64,000 bases of DNA from contig JBIJBE010000011.1 in assembly GCA_044345405.1 (NCBI GenBank), positions 1-64,000 on the forward strand, in the 5' to 3' direction. Position 1 is the first letter of the stretch; every line of letters begins with the position of its first letter. Positions 18,663 through 28,771 of the stretch are shown piece by piece. The translations under genes and the position numbers were made by a program. The notes beneath the pieces are model-generated. The model saw only the letters and a program-made list of their open reading frames with translations. It made no database searches and had not been told where the DNA came from. The DNA is from Bdellovibrionota bacterium (lineage in GTDB: Bacteria > Bdellovibrionota_C > UBA2361 > OMII01).

Positions 18663-19475
18663 TTACCGCTCAATTCTTCTGCTCGTATCGTTGATTCTCA
18701 AGTGACGCGTCGTTCCATCCTCAAGCTTGATGTAGACGAGTGAGCGATCAGGATACTCGCTCCCTGGTTTGGAGAAGCGGAAGTGTTCTCTATCTCCATT
18801 TCCAACACCCGAGTATTTGCCTTTGCCGAGGGTCTTCTTGCCATCAGCGGAGAGGACGCGAACCTCTTGCACCTTACCCGTGAATTTTTTCGGAAGTAGC
18901 ACTACGAGATCTCCGTTCTTGTCGGATACTGGTTTCCAAAGAAAACCTCCGCTCTTCGCTAACAGGAAGCCCGGATCGAAGGGCGCTGGTTGGGGTGTCG
19001 TGACCTCCGCGTGTTGCTCTGTCGTCGTCACTACCGGTGGGTCTGTATCTACCGATGGAATCATATCGATGGCGGGTGTCACAGCCGTCGTATCAGCCGA
19101 TTGTGGTGTTGTCGTGCTGGGCGGGGCGATCGCGTCTTGGGGCGTCGCGCTTTCTCCAGTGCTTGGGGTTATGGTGCTCGCGGTGGATACCGCGGCTTGC
19201 GCCACGGCTGGTTGTTGCTCCGTCGCCCCTCTAAAGTTTGCGAACGCGTCGATCAGTCGGGCGAGGGAGTCAACTAATCGCTCAATCCGAGTGAGCATCC
19301 TGCTCTTGCCGTGGGACTTTTGCATCGTTGATGTGGTTAGCCCCATCAGGGCATCGGCTATCGACGATAACGTTGCCTCGGTCGTTTTCTTCGATGCCGC
19401 CGTGACCTCCGCGGACACCATCGCGTTGGTTGCTAACGTTTGCGTGGGAAGGGTCGAGGAAATTGATGTTGTCAT
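18663..19475 (-). CDS. Hypothetical protein, Thr/Ser-rich N-terminus with compact C-terminal beta domain
   Basis: RBS AGGAG; C-terminal GGFLWKPVSDKNGDLVVLLP...GNGDREHFRFSKPG. Confidence 0.75.
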   Translation of the reverse strand: MTTSISSTLPTQTLATNAMVSAEVTAASKKTTEATLSSIADALMGLTTSTMQKSHGKSRMLTRIERLVDSLARLIDAFANFRGATEQQPAVAQAAVSTASTITPSTGESATPQDAIAPPSTTTPQSADTTAVTPAIDMIPSVDTDPPVVTTTEQHAEVTTPQPAPFDPGFLLAKSGGFLWKPVSDKNGDLVVLLPKKFTGKVQEVRVLSADGKKTLGKGKYSGVGNGDREHFRFSKPGSEYPDRSLVYIKLEDGTTRHLRINDTSRRIER

Positions 19476-19603
19476 ACTTTGAATCTCCTAAATGAGAGTC
19501 GGGCACCGATGCCCCAACTTGGGGCGCGGTAAGCCGCGAGCTGCTTGTTGAGGGGTGTATCGGGGATGATGAGATGGAGTTGCGTTGATTGAGCCAGCAA
19601 CAT

Positions 19604-19695
19604 GGCAGGGCGCTCGTCCCCGACCGCCGTGTTACACGAGGCAAAGGTCAATTGAGGGGCGCAACATTTCGGCGACCGAGGACGGTCGCCCTCCC
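19604..19695. repeat. REP/REPIN-like element, copy 2
   Basis: GGCAGGGCG...GACCGCCGTGTTAC...TTTCGGCGACCGAGGACGGTCGCCCTCCC. Confidence 0.8.
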
Positions 19696-19766
19696 GACGT
19701 GCGAGTTCCAAAAGCCGCTAGGCTAAACTGGAGGGCTTCAAATTGGAGGGGGGAGGAATAAGAATG

Positions 19767-19839
<73 letters not shown>

Positions 19840-19945
19840 ATGCGGGATAGGGGCTCATGGGTATCATGGAGGCCGATAAATGACAAGAGTTCTAGCCCTC
19901 TAGGCTGCCACTTCCCTGATTTTTTTCCTAAGGGGTTCTAGGCGC

Positions 19946-22900
19946 TTATCCTGGCGGAGGGAGGACAATCGAGCGGCGTAATTTCTGTCTGAGGGCCGCT
20001 CCTTTCTGAAGGTTCTTCGATGGAGACTCCGGAAGGCTTGCGGAGGTCGCTGGAAGCTCCTGAGCGGGTATCTCCGCCTCCTTAAAGGTCACCGCACCCT
20101 CCCCGGAGTCTGCTTCCCTGGCCTCTGTGGATGGCGTGGACGGGGACGCGACGAGCGGCTCCTCGTTGGTGAACGGGGAGAGGGCGGCTCCTGATCTCTC
20201 CATCAGCGGCACAAGGGAGGTTCTCACGATCTTCAGCAGCTCCGCCGCGAGGGCGCTCGTAAAGTCGAACTTGGCGGCCTCCTCTCCGGGAACGTGAGCT
20301 GAGATTACGCCGAAGAATCGGTCGCCGACATAGAATGCGAACGTGGCGGTTCGGTTGACGACACGAGAGGAGATAACGTGACCACCCGGACCGTAGGTTT
20401 CGTGTCTATGATCTCCCGTTCCGGTCTTTCCACCGATAGTGTAGGCCTTTCCGTCTGAGCGCGTGTAGGTCTTGTGCACGCGACGGGCGGTTCCCGATTC
20501 GACGACGTTCGCCATCGCCCGTTTTAACGCTCTCGCCACCTCAGGCTTAAGAACCTGCTCGTGGGTAGGTTGGTCTTGCCGAACGAGCTTGGTTTCATAC
20601 GGCGTGCCCGCGGCCAGGTGAAGTTCATTCAGCCGCACGAGAGGGAGTTTCTTGCCGTCGTTTAAGATAATACCGACCAGCTCCGCGAGCGCGACCGGCC
20701 GGTCCCCAGAGCTGCCGATAGAGGAGGCGAGGGAGGGGACCATGGAGTTAAAGGGATAGCCGACCTTCTTCCACTGTTTATGGATCTCCTCGAACGACTC
20801 CATCTCCATGAGCGTTCGAATGCGGATGTCCTGCGCGCGGACCGATGGGGTCTTAAAGAGCCACTCGTACACGGTCTGTCGCTCATCTTTGCTGTTCTGT
20901 AGAGCTTCCGTGAGCGTCGCCTTCGGATGCCCTTGCAGGTACGCGACGAGCCACAGTTCGAGCGGGTGTACGCGAGCGAGGAAGCCTTGGTCTTGGAGGT
21001 TAAACCGCCCCGGAGAGAACTCGTTGTACCATTTCTCAGCCAGCGCCGGAGAAATCGACTTTGTTGGCGCCGTTTGTTGAATGAACGCGATCATGTGATC
21101 GAGCGATCCGTCGGGCCGTACATATCGGAACATCACAGCCGCTTGGCGTGGCGATGCTCGTGACCCCTTGGCGAGTGTTGGAAGGAGATCGCTCGCGGAG
21201 ACACCTTTGTATCGGTCGTAGAATTTCTTGAGGAAGTAACTGCCCTCTTGGTCGGCGAACTTGCTGAGAAAGTGCATTCGCACAGGGTCAGCTCGTCCGC
21301 TGTCATTCTCGCTCTTCGCCGTTCTCGTCTTGGTATTAGCCGCGACGGTGATCTTAGAGGCGTGTGTCGCGCTCTTCGTCGAGCTGCTGAGCTTCAATCC
21401 CATGTGATAGACGTAGTATCGGGAGATATCCCGCATCAGTCGCACGAATGGGAGATTGATCGAGTGGGTGAGCGCTTCCTGGATCGTTGGATTCTTGCCG
21501 TTGTCCTCCTTCTTGAAGTTCACGAAGGTGTGCATGCCACCGCCAGTAAAGAATGACTCCCCGGGATTCGCGGAGTAGCGTCGTTGGAGCGCGGCGTTAA
21601 GAAGTTGGGGGAGGGTGATCTTTGGGTTCTTTATGAACTCAGAGAGCGCGAAGCGAGAGATGGGGTCGAGATCTCGCGTGTTCGTGGCCCTGATTTGAGC
21701 TGGAAGCATCTTCGAGTATTGATCGTGAAGATCGCCGACGATGTCGAGATACGTCGTAAGCGTTCTGAGCTTCGCGGTTGAGCCCAGGTCAAGGCGGGTA
21801 CCCTCGTTAATACTGAAAGGGTTGTCAAAGTTATCGGTTTGTACACGAAGCACGTTCGCGTTCCCCACGCGTTCGTAGAGGGTCAGGCTATATATAACCT
21901 TCGAAGGATCTCCCCGATCAAGATTCCGCGCTCCACTCAGTCCGAACTTCTTCACGCTCTCGGCGTCCTTAATTTGGCGAAGAACCGAGGTCACGCCCTC
22001 ATTGGCCTCGTTGTCCATGGTGCTGCGCACGGTAAGATCGGCTTGGTCGAGGTCGTAGAGTTGGGGATACTGCATCAGTTGAAGAAGTCGGGTGCGAATA
22101 GCGTTGGCGGCTTTTCGTTGAACAAACGAGACCTGAGTGGTCTTCGGCGCGGCGCGACGAAGGGTGAGCTTAACCTCCTTGGCGGCGTCTCGAAGTTTGG
22201 TGGATATCACGCCCTCTTTAGCGAGGAGATCAAGATAGGTATTCGTCAAAGAGTTTAACTCAGAGAGTCCGGCGATGAGGTAAAAGCTCGGACGACGGTG
22301 CGCGATGAAAAGGCTCAGCATCTGCTTATAGCTCTCCGCGTGCGCGGTGAGATCTTTGCTCTCTTGCTTTTGGCTGAGCGCGGTCAGTTTGGCGTTAATC
22401 TCCTGGAAGTCGGCGCCGAACCACGCCCACATACCATCCCCGAGGCCGTTGACCTCGCCATAACCCCGAAGCGCGGCGAGCGGAATCGAGTTGATGTAAT
22501 TAAGAGTGATGGTCTTTCGAGTCTCAAGGGTATTCCGTCCATACATGTACGCGCGCAAACTCGCGGACGCCATCTGACGGAACTTATCTTTAATGCCTTT
22601 GGTGCGGCCTTCTTTTGAGTGACGGTACTTTTCCAGCTGGGTCGCGATCGTGCTTCCGCCTGGGGCGTTAATGTCAGGTTTGATGATCTGTTTCAGCTTC
22701 TCAAGGATAGCCAATCCGAATCGATCCCACTCAACGGCGGGATTCTTGTACGGGTACGTTTGATCAAGGATCTCTTTGTTCTCGATGAAGAGCAGAGACT
22801 TCACGATGATCTCTGGAATCGAATCGAACGACTCGTATACGCGCTCGGGACGATACATTGAATAGATCGTGGTGTTGTTTCTGTCGAGGATCGTGAGACC

Positions 22901-23425
22901 CGCTCGAGTCTTCTCAGGATAGGGCGGAAACAATCCCATATCCGCGAGTTGTTTGAAGCGTTTCGAAAAACGGGTCTGCTCCGCGATCTGGAAGCCGTTG
23001 TTCGCGAGATTCTCGATCATCGATTTGATACGAGTGTAGCCGAGACGCTGATCGTATGGGCCGTAACTCGGATAGTACGGCTCAGGGTTTGGGCCCTTCT
23101 CGAGACGGTAGGTCGCCTGCGATGCGATCTTGGTGAGGTACATTGATTGCCAGTACGAGGTCTTGAGCTCAAACACGAGGAGCATTCCCAGCACGATCCA
23201 GAGAGGAGCCGTGATGAAGAGGAATTTCACCGCGCGCCGTTGGACTTTCGCCAGGAGGCTTTTCAGGCGAGTCCTCAAGGGGATCTGAAGTGGGGTGACC
23301 TTGGAACCATCGGCGGAAAGGTCTGGTGTGGGAGGGACAGAGAGGTCGTTGAGGCGCAACGGCACCACCTTGCTCTTTGTGGGCTCGTCCGGCTTTTTGT
23401 TTTTCGTAGAGGTCTTGTCTGTCAC
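19946..23425 (-). CDS. Large class A penicillin-binding protein (transglycosylase + transpeptidase)
   Basis: TM anchor; GGSTIATQLEK; SxxK (GSTAK), SxN (SIN), KTGTG. Confidence 0.87.
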   Translation of the reverse strand: MTDKTSTKNKKPDEPTKSKVVPLRLNDLSVPPTPDLSADGSKVTPLQIPLRTRLKSLLAKVQRRAVKFLFITAPLWIVLGMLLVFELKTSYWQSMYLTKIASQATYRLEKGPNPEPYYPSYGPYDQRLGYTRIKSMIENLANNGFQIAEQTRFSKRFKQLADMGLFPPYPEKTRAGLTILDRNNTTIYSMYRPERVYESFDSIPEIIVKSLLFIENKEILDQTYPYKNPAVEWDRFGLAILEKLKQIIKPDINAPGGSTIATQLEKYRHSKEGRTKGIKDKFRQMASASLRAYMYGRNTLETRKTITLNYINSIPLAALRGYGEVNGLGDGMWAWFGADFQEINAKLTALSQKQESKDLTAHAESYKQMLSLFIAHRRPSFYLIAGLSELNSLTNTYLDLLAKEGVISTKLRDAAKEVKLTLRRAAPKTTQVSFVQRKAANAIRTRLLQLMQYPQLYDLDQADLTVRSTMDNEANEGVTSVLRQIKDAESVKKFGLSGARNLDRGDPSKVIYSLTLYERVGNANVLRVQTDNFDNPFSINEGTRLDLGSTAKLRTLTTYLDIVGDLHDQYSKMLPAQIRATNTRDLDPISRFALSEFIKNPKITLPQLLNAALQRRYSANPGESFFTGGGMHTFVNFKKEDNGKNPTIQEALTHSINLPFVRLMRDISRYYVYHMGLKLSSSTKSATHASKITVAANTKTRTAKSENDSGRADPVRMHFLSKFADQEGSYFLKKFYDRYKGVSASDLLPTLAKGSRASPRQAAVMFRYVRPDGSLDHMIAFIQQTAPTKSISPALAEKWYNEFSPGRFNLQDQGFLARVHPLELWLVAYLQGHPKATLTEALQNSKDERQTVYEWLFKTPSVRAQDIRIRTLMEMESFEEIHKQWKKVGYPFNSMVPSLASSIGSSGDRPVALAELVGIILNDGKKLPLVRLNELHLAAGTPYETKLVRQDQPTHEQVLKPEVARALKRAMANVVESGTARRVHKTYTRSDGKAYTIGGKTGTGDHRHETYGPGGHVISSRVVNRTATFAFYVGDRFFGVISAHVPGEEAAKFDFTSALAAELLKIVRTSLVPLMERSGAALSPFTNEEPLVASPSTPSTEAREADSGEGAVTFKEAEIPAQELPATSASLPESPSKNLQKGAALRQKLRRSIVLPPPG

Positions 23426-23634
23426 GGGATTAACGAGAAAGAGGCCAACAACTTCTAGATGCTTAGTAATTTCCCTTAGGATCGCCTGTGCCGAAAGAAG
23501 TACTTACATTACAGCAAAAAAACTTAGGGCTCCTTGTGGAGGTAGGTGTTGAGGGGTAGGTTGTATCCTCGTCGCTCGTCGAAACGGATGTGACGGGGCT
23601 ACCCAAAAGCGAGTGAAATCCGTAGTCTGAAACA

Positions 23635-24783
23635 ATGTCTCCAAGCGAACTCTCTATCCTTAATACCTTTGACCATCGGCCAACCTGCGCTGAGGTTGAC
23701 CTCGGTATCTTGCGGGAAAATCTTAACGCTATCAGGGCCTTTGTGTCCCCAAGCAAGATCATGGCGGTCGTCAAGGCCAACGGCTACGGGCACGGATTAG
23801 AGCGAACGGCGCTCTGCCTGCAAGGGGCGGGGGTGGATTCCCTCGGGGTGGCGTACATCGAAGAGGCGATCGCCCTTCGTCAGAGTGGGATCACGATCCC
23901 CATCCTCGTCTTTGGCGGACTCCTGCAGGACCAACTCGAACTTTATATCAAACACGATATTGATGTTACCGCGTCCTCGGTCAGTAAGTTGGAGCAGATT
24001 GAGTCAACCGCGCAGCGACTCAAACGGCGCGCGAGGGTGCACCTGAAGATAGACACCGGTCTTGAGCGCATAGGAGTACACTACTACAGCGCGGATAAGC
24101 TCTTTGACGCCGCGCTTCGCGCGCGACACTCCGATGTTGTTGGCGTGTACTCGCACTTCGCCGATGTTAACTTGGGAGACCTGAAGATCGCTGAGGTGCA
24201 GCTTGAGCGGTTTCTCTCCGCGCTTCGGTACTATGAAGATCGAGCCAACCAACCCTTTTTGAGACACATCGCCTCTTCGAGTGGCTTGATGGCGATCAAG
24301 TCGAGTCATCTCGATATGGTGCGACCGGGGCTCTCGCTCTATGGGGTCTATCCTGGTCCCGGCTACTCATCGATCGTCTCGGTGAAACCCGCCCTGACTC
24401 TCAAGAGCCAGGTCGTCTATTTCAAAGTTGTGAAGAAGGGTGCCGGAGTCAGTTACGGGCACACCTGGTTCGCGCCTGAAGATACTCGCCTAGTCACCGT
24501 GCCGATCGGATATGGAGACGGCTACCTTCGCGCACTCTCTAATAAAGCCTCGGTCATTATTCGGGGGAAAAAGTCACCGGTTGTTGGTGTCGTGTGCATG
24601 GATCAGCTCATGGTGAATCTCGGGCCAAACGGGATCGGGTACAACGGCGACGACGTCATCCTCATCGGAGAGTCCGATGGCGAGCGTGTTTCCGTTGAGG
24701 AGCTCGCGGGCCTTATCGGCACAACGCCGCACGAAATCTTGGTGTCGTTGAATCAGCGGATTCCGCGGGTGTATCGGGGGTAA
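23635..24783 (+). CDS. alr: Alanine racemase
   Basis: AVVKANGYGHG, HLKIDTG, MVRPG, VSYG, PIGYGDG, CMDQ. Confidence 0.96.
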   Translation: MSPSELSILNTFDHRPTCAEVDLGILRENLNAIRAFVSPSKIMAVVKANGYGHGLERTALCLQGAGVDSLGVAYIEEAIALRQSGITIPILVFGGLLQDQLELYIKHDIDVTASSVSKLEQIESTAQRLKRRARVHLKIDTGLERIGVHYYSADKLFDAALRARHSDVVGVYSHFADVNLGDLKIAEVQLERFLSALRYYEDRANQPFLRHIASSSGLMAIKSSHLDMVRPGLSLYGVYPGPGYSSIVSVKPALTLKSQVVYFKVVKKGAGVSYGHTWFAPEDTRLVTVPIGYGDGYLRALSNKASVIIRGKKSPVVGVVCMDQLMVNLGPNGIGYNGDDVILIGESDGERVSVEELAGLIGTTPHEILVSLNQRIPRVYRG

Positions 24784-24792
24784 ACGTCGAGC

Positions 24793-24870
24793 TCGCACGA
24801 AGGGAGGGCGACCAGCTTGTCCCTCGTAGCGGAGCGAAGCGGGATCCTGGTCGCCCTCCCGTCGTGCGGG
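24793..24870. repeat. REP-like hairpin, copy 3 (short variant)
   Basis: GCACGAAGGGAGGGCGACCAG...CTGGTCGCCCTCCCGTCGTGC between convergent alr and mgsA. Confidence 0.75.
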
Positions 24871-24892
24871 TTCAGGTAGGCTTAACCCTACA

Positions 24893-25336
24893 CTACTTCT
24901 CCACCCGCCGCGCGTACACCTTGCTCATCAATTCACTGGTGACAATAAACTCAGCCGACGCTCGGTTGCAGGCGATCGGGATCTCGTAGAGCGCCGCAAT
25001 GCGAAGTAACGCCTTCACATCGGGGTCATGCGGTTGCGAGGTGAGCGGGTCCCAGAAAAAGAAGAGGATATCGATCTTCTCCTCGACGATCATCGCGCCG
25101 ATCTGTTGGTCACCGCCTAATGGTCCCGATAGGCACTTCGTAACAGGAAGACCGGTCGCGGTTTCAAGGTATCTTCCCGTTGTTCCGGTGGCATACAAAT
25201 CATGTTGAGCGAATATCGCTTTGTGTTTCTGCGCCCAGTCGCACATCTCACGCTTCTTCGCGTCGTGCGCGACGAGCGCGATACGCTTCTTGGCTGGTAG
25301 GGGGGCGAGGGGGTGATCAAACGTTATGATGCTCAT
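24893..25336 (-). CDS. mgsA: Methylglyoxal synthase
   Basis: IALVAHD, ATGTTG, SGPLGGDQQIG, FFWDPL..QPHDPDVKALLR. Confidence 0.97.
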   Translation of the reverse strand: MSIITFDHPLAPLPAKKRIALVAHDAKKREMCDWAQKHKAIFAQHDLYATGTTGRYLETATGLPVTKCLSGPLGGDQQIGAMIVEEKIDILFFFWDPLTSQPHDPDVKALLRIAALYEIPIACNRASAEFIVTSELMSKVYARRVEK

Positions 25337-25377
25337 GGGGCAACCTTAGCGGTCTTAACCCCGATGTGCCAGATCTC

Positions 25378-26154
25378 TCACGCTGGTCGCGTGGTTTTGG
25401 CGGTGATGATCGCGGTAACGACGGCTAGCTCTGATCGGAGGACCTGGTGTCCAAGAGATGCCGCCTTGAATCCTTGGTGGTAGAGGGTTTGCAACTCATC
25501 GGGTGTGAGATCTCCCTCTGGACCGATGACGATGCAGATTGAGCTTCCTGGTTGAAGGTGAGGTGTCAGCTCCTCAAGCGGAGGCGCCTGGTGCTCGAGT
25601 GAGCAGCACACCTTGAGAATGTTTTCCGAAGTGGGAAGATGAGAGAGTGCGCTCTTTAAGGAGGTTTCGACCCTCACGTTTGGGGGCCTTGCCTGACGAC
25701 TCTGTTGCGCCGCCGCAATAGCCGCCTTCGTGAACTTCTGGGCTTTGACGTGTGCGTCCCCCTCGCTTTTTAATCGAACGATACTGCGTTGGGCCTGCCA
25801 GAAAATTATTTGAGAGCATCCGAGTTCGGTCGCCCAGTCGGTGATCAGTTCATTCTTCTCTCCCTTGCACAGAGCGCAGAGAAGGATGATGGAGAGGTCC
25901 GTCGTGGTCGTGTCTAATTTTCCGATTACTGAGAGCGTAACGCCGTCGGTGATCGAGGCGATAGATGCGGTAAAGGTCTCGCCGGAGTCAGGGTCTCCGA
26001 TCTCCACGATTGCGCCCACGGGTAAACGCAGTACGTCTCTAAGGTAGTGGCTATCGTTGGGGGGGAGGGGGAAGAGGGAGTTTGGTTCTACGGCGCCTCG
26101 CTTGTGTAATCCCTCAACGAAAAGGCGAGGTCCTTTGCACTCACGAGGCGCCAT
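25378..26154 (-). CDS. rsmE: 16S rRNA m3U1498 methyltransferase
   Basis: HYLRDVLR, ATELG, AAQQSR, IGPEGD, LGHQVLRSELA. Confidence 0.92.
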   Translation of the reverse strand: MAPRECKGPRLFVEGLHKRGAVEPNSLFPLPPNDSHYLRDVLRLPVGAIVEIGDPDSGETFTASIASITDGVTLSVIGKLDTTTTDLSIILLCALCKGEKNELITDWATELGCSQIIFWQAQRSIVRLKSEGDAHVKAQKFTKAAIAAAQQSRQARPPNVRVETSLKSALSHLPTSENILKVCCSLEHQAPPLEELTPHLQPGSSICIVIGPEGDLTPDELQTLYHQGFKAASLGHQVLRSELAVVTAIITAKTTRPA

Positions 26155-26184
26155 AATGCTTTGGTCAAAAGTCTTTGATGGATA

Positions 26185-26796
26185 CTACTTCTTACGAAGG
26201 CCCATCTTCTCAAGGCGCTGAGCGAGGTATCCGATCTTGTCGTAACCTACGATGCGCTCACCGCTCTCGAATACGAAGGTCGGAGTATCGAATACGCCGA
26301 GCTTGCGTCCACGCTTGTAGATCCCCTTCACACGCTCGCGGGTGTCTGAGGAGGAAACCTTGCTCAAGAAATCGCCGAGGTCGATATCGAGATCGTCGCA
26401 GAGCTCGTTCATGAAGGAATCCTCATTCGGATTCTCTCCAAGGCCCCACCACTTGTTGAATACCTTGATGTTGTACTCCATGAGAACGCCCATATCGTTG
26501 GCGATGAGAGCGCCACGAGTAAGACGTCCTGGATCGTGTTCTACCTCTGGCCAGCCCTCTGGGTAGACAAGGGAAAGGGACCGCTCCTCAGCGAGGCGCT
26601 TAGTGTCCTCGAAGAGGTAGGAAAGCTTATCAGGAAGGATGCCTTGCTGAGGAACCGGTTGTCCGGAAGCCTTAGCTGAAAAAGGTTGCCAGAGGAGCTC
26701 TACATCGTACTTCTCAGCGATGTCGTACACAGGGTCGAGCGCGAGGTAGGAATACGGGCTCTGGAACGAATAAAAAACTTCAACATTCACCGTCAT
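26185..26796 (-). CDS. DsbA-like / 2-hydroxychromene-2-carboxylate isomerase (kappa GST) family protein
   Basis: FYSFQSPYSYLA, WQPF, GVFDTPTFV. Confidence 0.8.
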   Translation of the reverse strand: MTVNVEVFYSFQSPYSYLALDPVYDIAEKYDVELLWQPFSAKASGQPVPQQGILPDKLSYLFEDTKRLAEERSLSLVYPEGWPEVEHDPGRLTRGALIANDMGVLMEYNIKVFNKWWGLGENPNEDSFMNELCDDLDIDLGDFLSKVSSSDTRERVKGIYKRGRKLGVFDTPTFVFESGERIVGYDKIGYLAQRLEKMGLRKK

Positions 26797-27067
26797 AAGC
26801 TCACTTTAACTATAGAAAAACACTCTCCGTTATCCGCGTTACGAGACGCGTTTGAAACGAACGACGGGGCACACCCCGCTACCAGATTGTGTTGTCTGAG
26901 CTTGTTAGGGAAGGGCACCGCGCATGACGAGCACCCCCTAGAGGCGCATCTTCACGGCTGGCAGCCCTCGTGGTGTAGACCATCGAACTGGCCATGAAGG
27001 TAGTCGGATTTCCGTGAGTTTGCAAGGATATCTTGCTTGTTTCGCACAAGAATCGGTAAGTTCAGTT

Positions 27068-27196
27068 CGGCCCTCTTCAGGCGGTAGCCAGATGGGCCCG
27101 TATAAGATAGGGTTAGTATCTTCATGGACTTACGGGGTTCTCTGCCCCATGGTTATTCAACCACGTCGTGAAGACCCGCCGCGGGGTACGAGGACT
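27068..27196 (+). ncRNA. Candidate structured RNA leader upstream of metF (family unassigned)
   Basis: Nested stems GGCGG/CCGCC, TCTTCATGG/TCGTGAAGA plus three small hairpins, downstream of TTGCTT-N18-TAAGTT. Confidence 0.25.
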
Positions 27197-27232
27197 CTCT
27201 CCCGCCGCCTAAAGTTGTGAAGGTGTTTTGTT

Positions 27233-28168
27233 TTGAGTGTGATGACTACGACGAAGGGAATCGAGCGGCTTCTCCCCCCTGGTATCCGGACCGACCGGCC
27301 GCTGTTGTGTGTTGAGATTAACCCTCCTCGGGGATGCGATGTCGATGCCATTGTGAAGCGATATGAGAGTGTTCGAGGTATCGACTTCCTAAATATTACT
27401 GATAGCGCCCTCGCGAAGATGAAGCTCTCATCGCTCGCGTTCGCTTCGATCATTAAGCACCGCTTAGGGATCGAACCCGTCGTTAACGTGTCATGTCGAG
27501 ATCGCAACGTCATCGCGCTGCAGTCAGATCTCTTAGGGGCGTGGGCTCTTGGCGTTCGTTCTATTGTGGCGCTTACCGGAGACGCGGTCACGGTGGGTGA
27601 CCTGCCTGAGGCGAAGGGTGTGTTCGAGGTTAACTCCGTCGGATTGCTCAACCTGATCGCCACGCTCAACCAAGGTCGAGATCTCGCCGGTAATGAGTTA
27701 AAGGGACATCCCGCGTACACGCCAGGCGTCGTGGTAAATCCGAATGTGAAAAATCCGAACGCCGAAATTAAGCGGCTGCTTCGAAAGAAGGAGGCCGGAG
27801 CGGTATACGCGTTGAGTCAGCCTGTATTTGACCCGGAGCAGGCTTGCGCGTTCTTCGAGGCGGCGTCGAGCGTTGGCATCGATCTCTTTGTTGGTCTTCT
27901 CCCCTTTAAGTCTGTACAATCGTTCGAGGGGATTTCGAAAGTTCCGGGCATCAAGATTCCAGAGGCCGTGGCGCAGAAGGTTCGCGCGGTCGCCCCTGAG
28001 AAGGTAGGGGAGACCTCCCTCGAGGTCGCGATGGAGGTCGCCGAGCGCGTGAAGCCGTTCGTTCGAGGGTTTCACGTTGTGAGTGGTGGCTCGCCCCTTC
28101 TTGCCTTAGATTTGTGCCAGCGATTATCAGATTGGATTGAACGTTCGTTAGTAAAGGAAGTGGTATGA
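27233..28168 (+). CDS. metF: Methylenetetrahydrofolate reductase (YitJ C-terminal-like)
   Basis: VEINPP, NITDS, SCRDRN, ALTGD, SQPVFD. Confidence 0.85.
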   Translation: MSVMTTTKGIERLLPPGIRTDRPLLCVEINPPRGCDVDAIVKRYESVRGIDFLNITDSALAKMKLSSLAFASIIKHRLGIEPVVNVSCRDRNVIALQSDLLGAWALGVRSIVALTGDAVTVGDLPEAKGVFEVNSVGLLNLIATLNQGRDLAGNELKGHPAYTPGVVVNPNVKNPNAEIKRLLRKKEAGAVYALSQPVFDPEQACAFFEAASSVGIDLFVGLLPFKSVQSFEGISKVPGIKIPEAVAQKVRAVAPEKVGETSLEVAMEVAERVKPFVRGFHVVSGGSPLLALDLCQRLSDWIERSLVKEVV

Positions 28169-28749
28169 AGCGTCGCGAAGAGATGTCGTTTCTTGAGAAG
28201 ATCTATGTTGTGGAGATCTTCAAGGGCCTCACCATCACGTACGGTAGATTGCTGAAGAATCTTTGGCTGCACACCCTTGAGTTTTTTGGCGTGAAGCTTA
28301 CTGAAGGACCTGGCGTGGCCATTCAGTATCCCAACGAGCGTCGCGCCTATCCCGCCCGTTATCGTGGCCGTCACCGGCTCACGCTCTACGACAATGGTGA
28401 TGTGAAGTGTACCTCCTGTTTCCTCTGCGCGACCGCGTGTCCCGCTCGGTGTATTTACATCGAGGCGTGTGAGCACGAGGATCCGAGCGTCGAGAAGTTT
28501 CCGAAGCGCTACGAGATCGATACCCTCCTGTGTATCTACTGCGGCTACTGCGTTGAGGCGTGTCCCGTTGACGCGATTCGCATGGATACCGGTCTTCACC
28601 CTGAGGTGTACCCAGCGGATCCTCGACTCTTCATCGAGGATAAGGAGACCCTCATGGAGCGCTCCCGTATCCTTGATGATCAGGGTCCAGAGCGTCTCTA
28701 CGAGATGCACATGAAGCGTATGCAGGACCTTGAAAAGGTTACCTTCTAA
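28165..28749 (+). CDS. nuoI: NADH-quinone oxidoreductase subunit I
   Basis: QYP.E, RYRGRH; two 4Fe-4S motifs CTSCFLCATACP and CIYCGYCVEACP. Confidence 0.9.
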   Translation: MKRREEMSFLEKIYVVEIFKGLTITYGRLLKNLWLHTLEFFGVKLTEGPGVAIQYPNERRAYPARYRGRHRLTLYDNGDVKCTSCFLCATACPARCIYIEACEHEDPSVEKFPKRYEIDTLLCIYCGYCVEACPVDAIRMDTGLHPEVYPADPRLFIEDKETLMERSRILDDQGPERLYEMHMKRMQDLEKVTF

Positions 28750-28771
28750 GCGTAGGGCACGGTAACGATAG

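Noticed and set aside
18769-19482. 237-aa plus-strand ORF
   Set aside because: Antisense shadow of the Thr-rich gene at 18663-19475, which has an RBS and a plausible domain; the other long antisense ORFs were rejected for the same reason
26797-27232. Known riboswitch (SAM-I, cobalamin, yybP-ykoY) or 6S/SRP RNA
   Set aside because: Diagnostic consensus nucleotides not found by eye; kept only as an unassigned candidate
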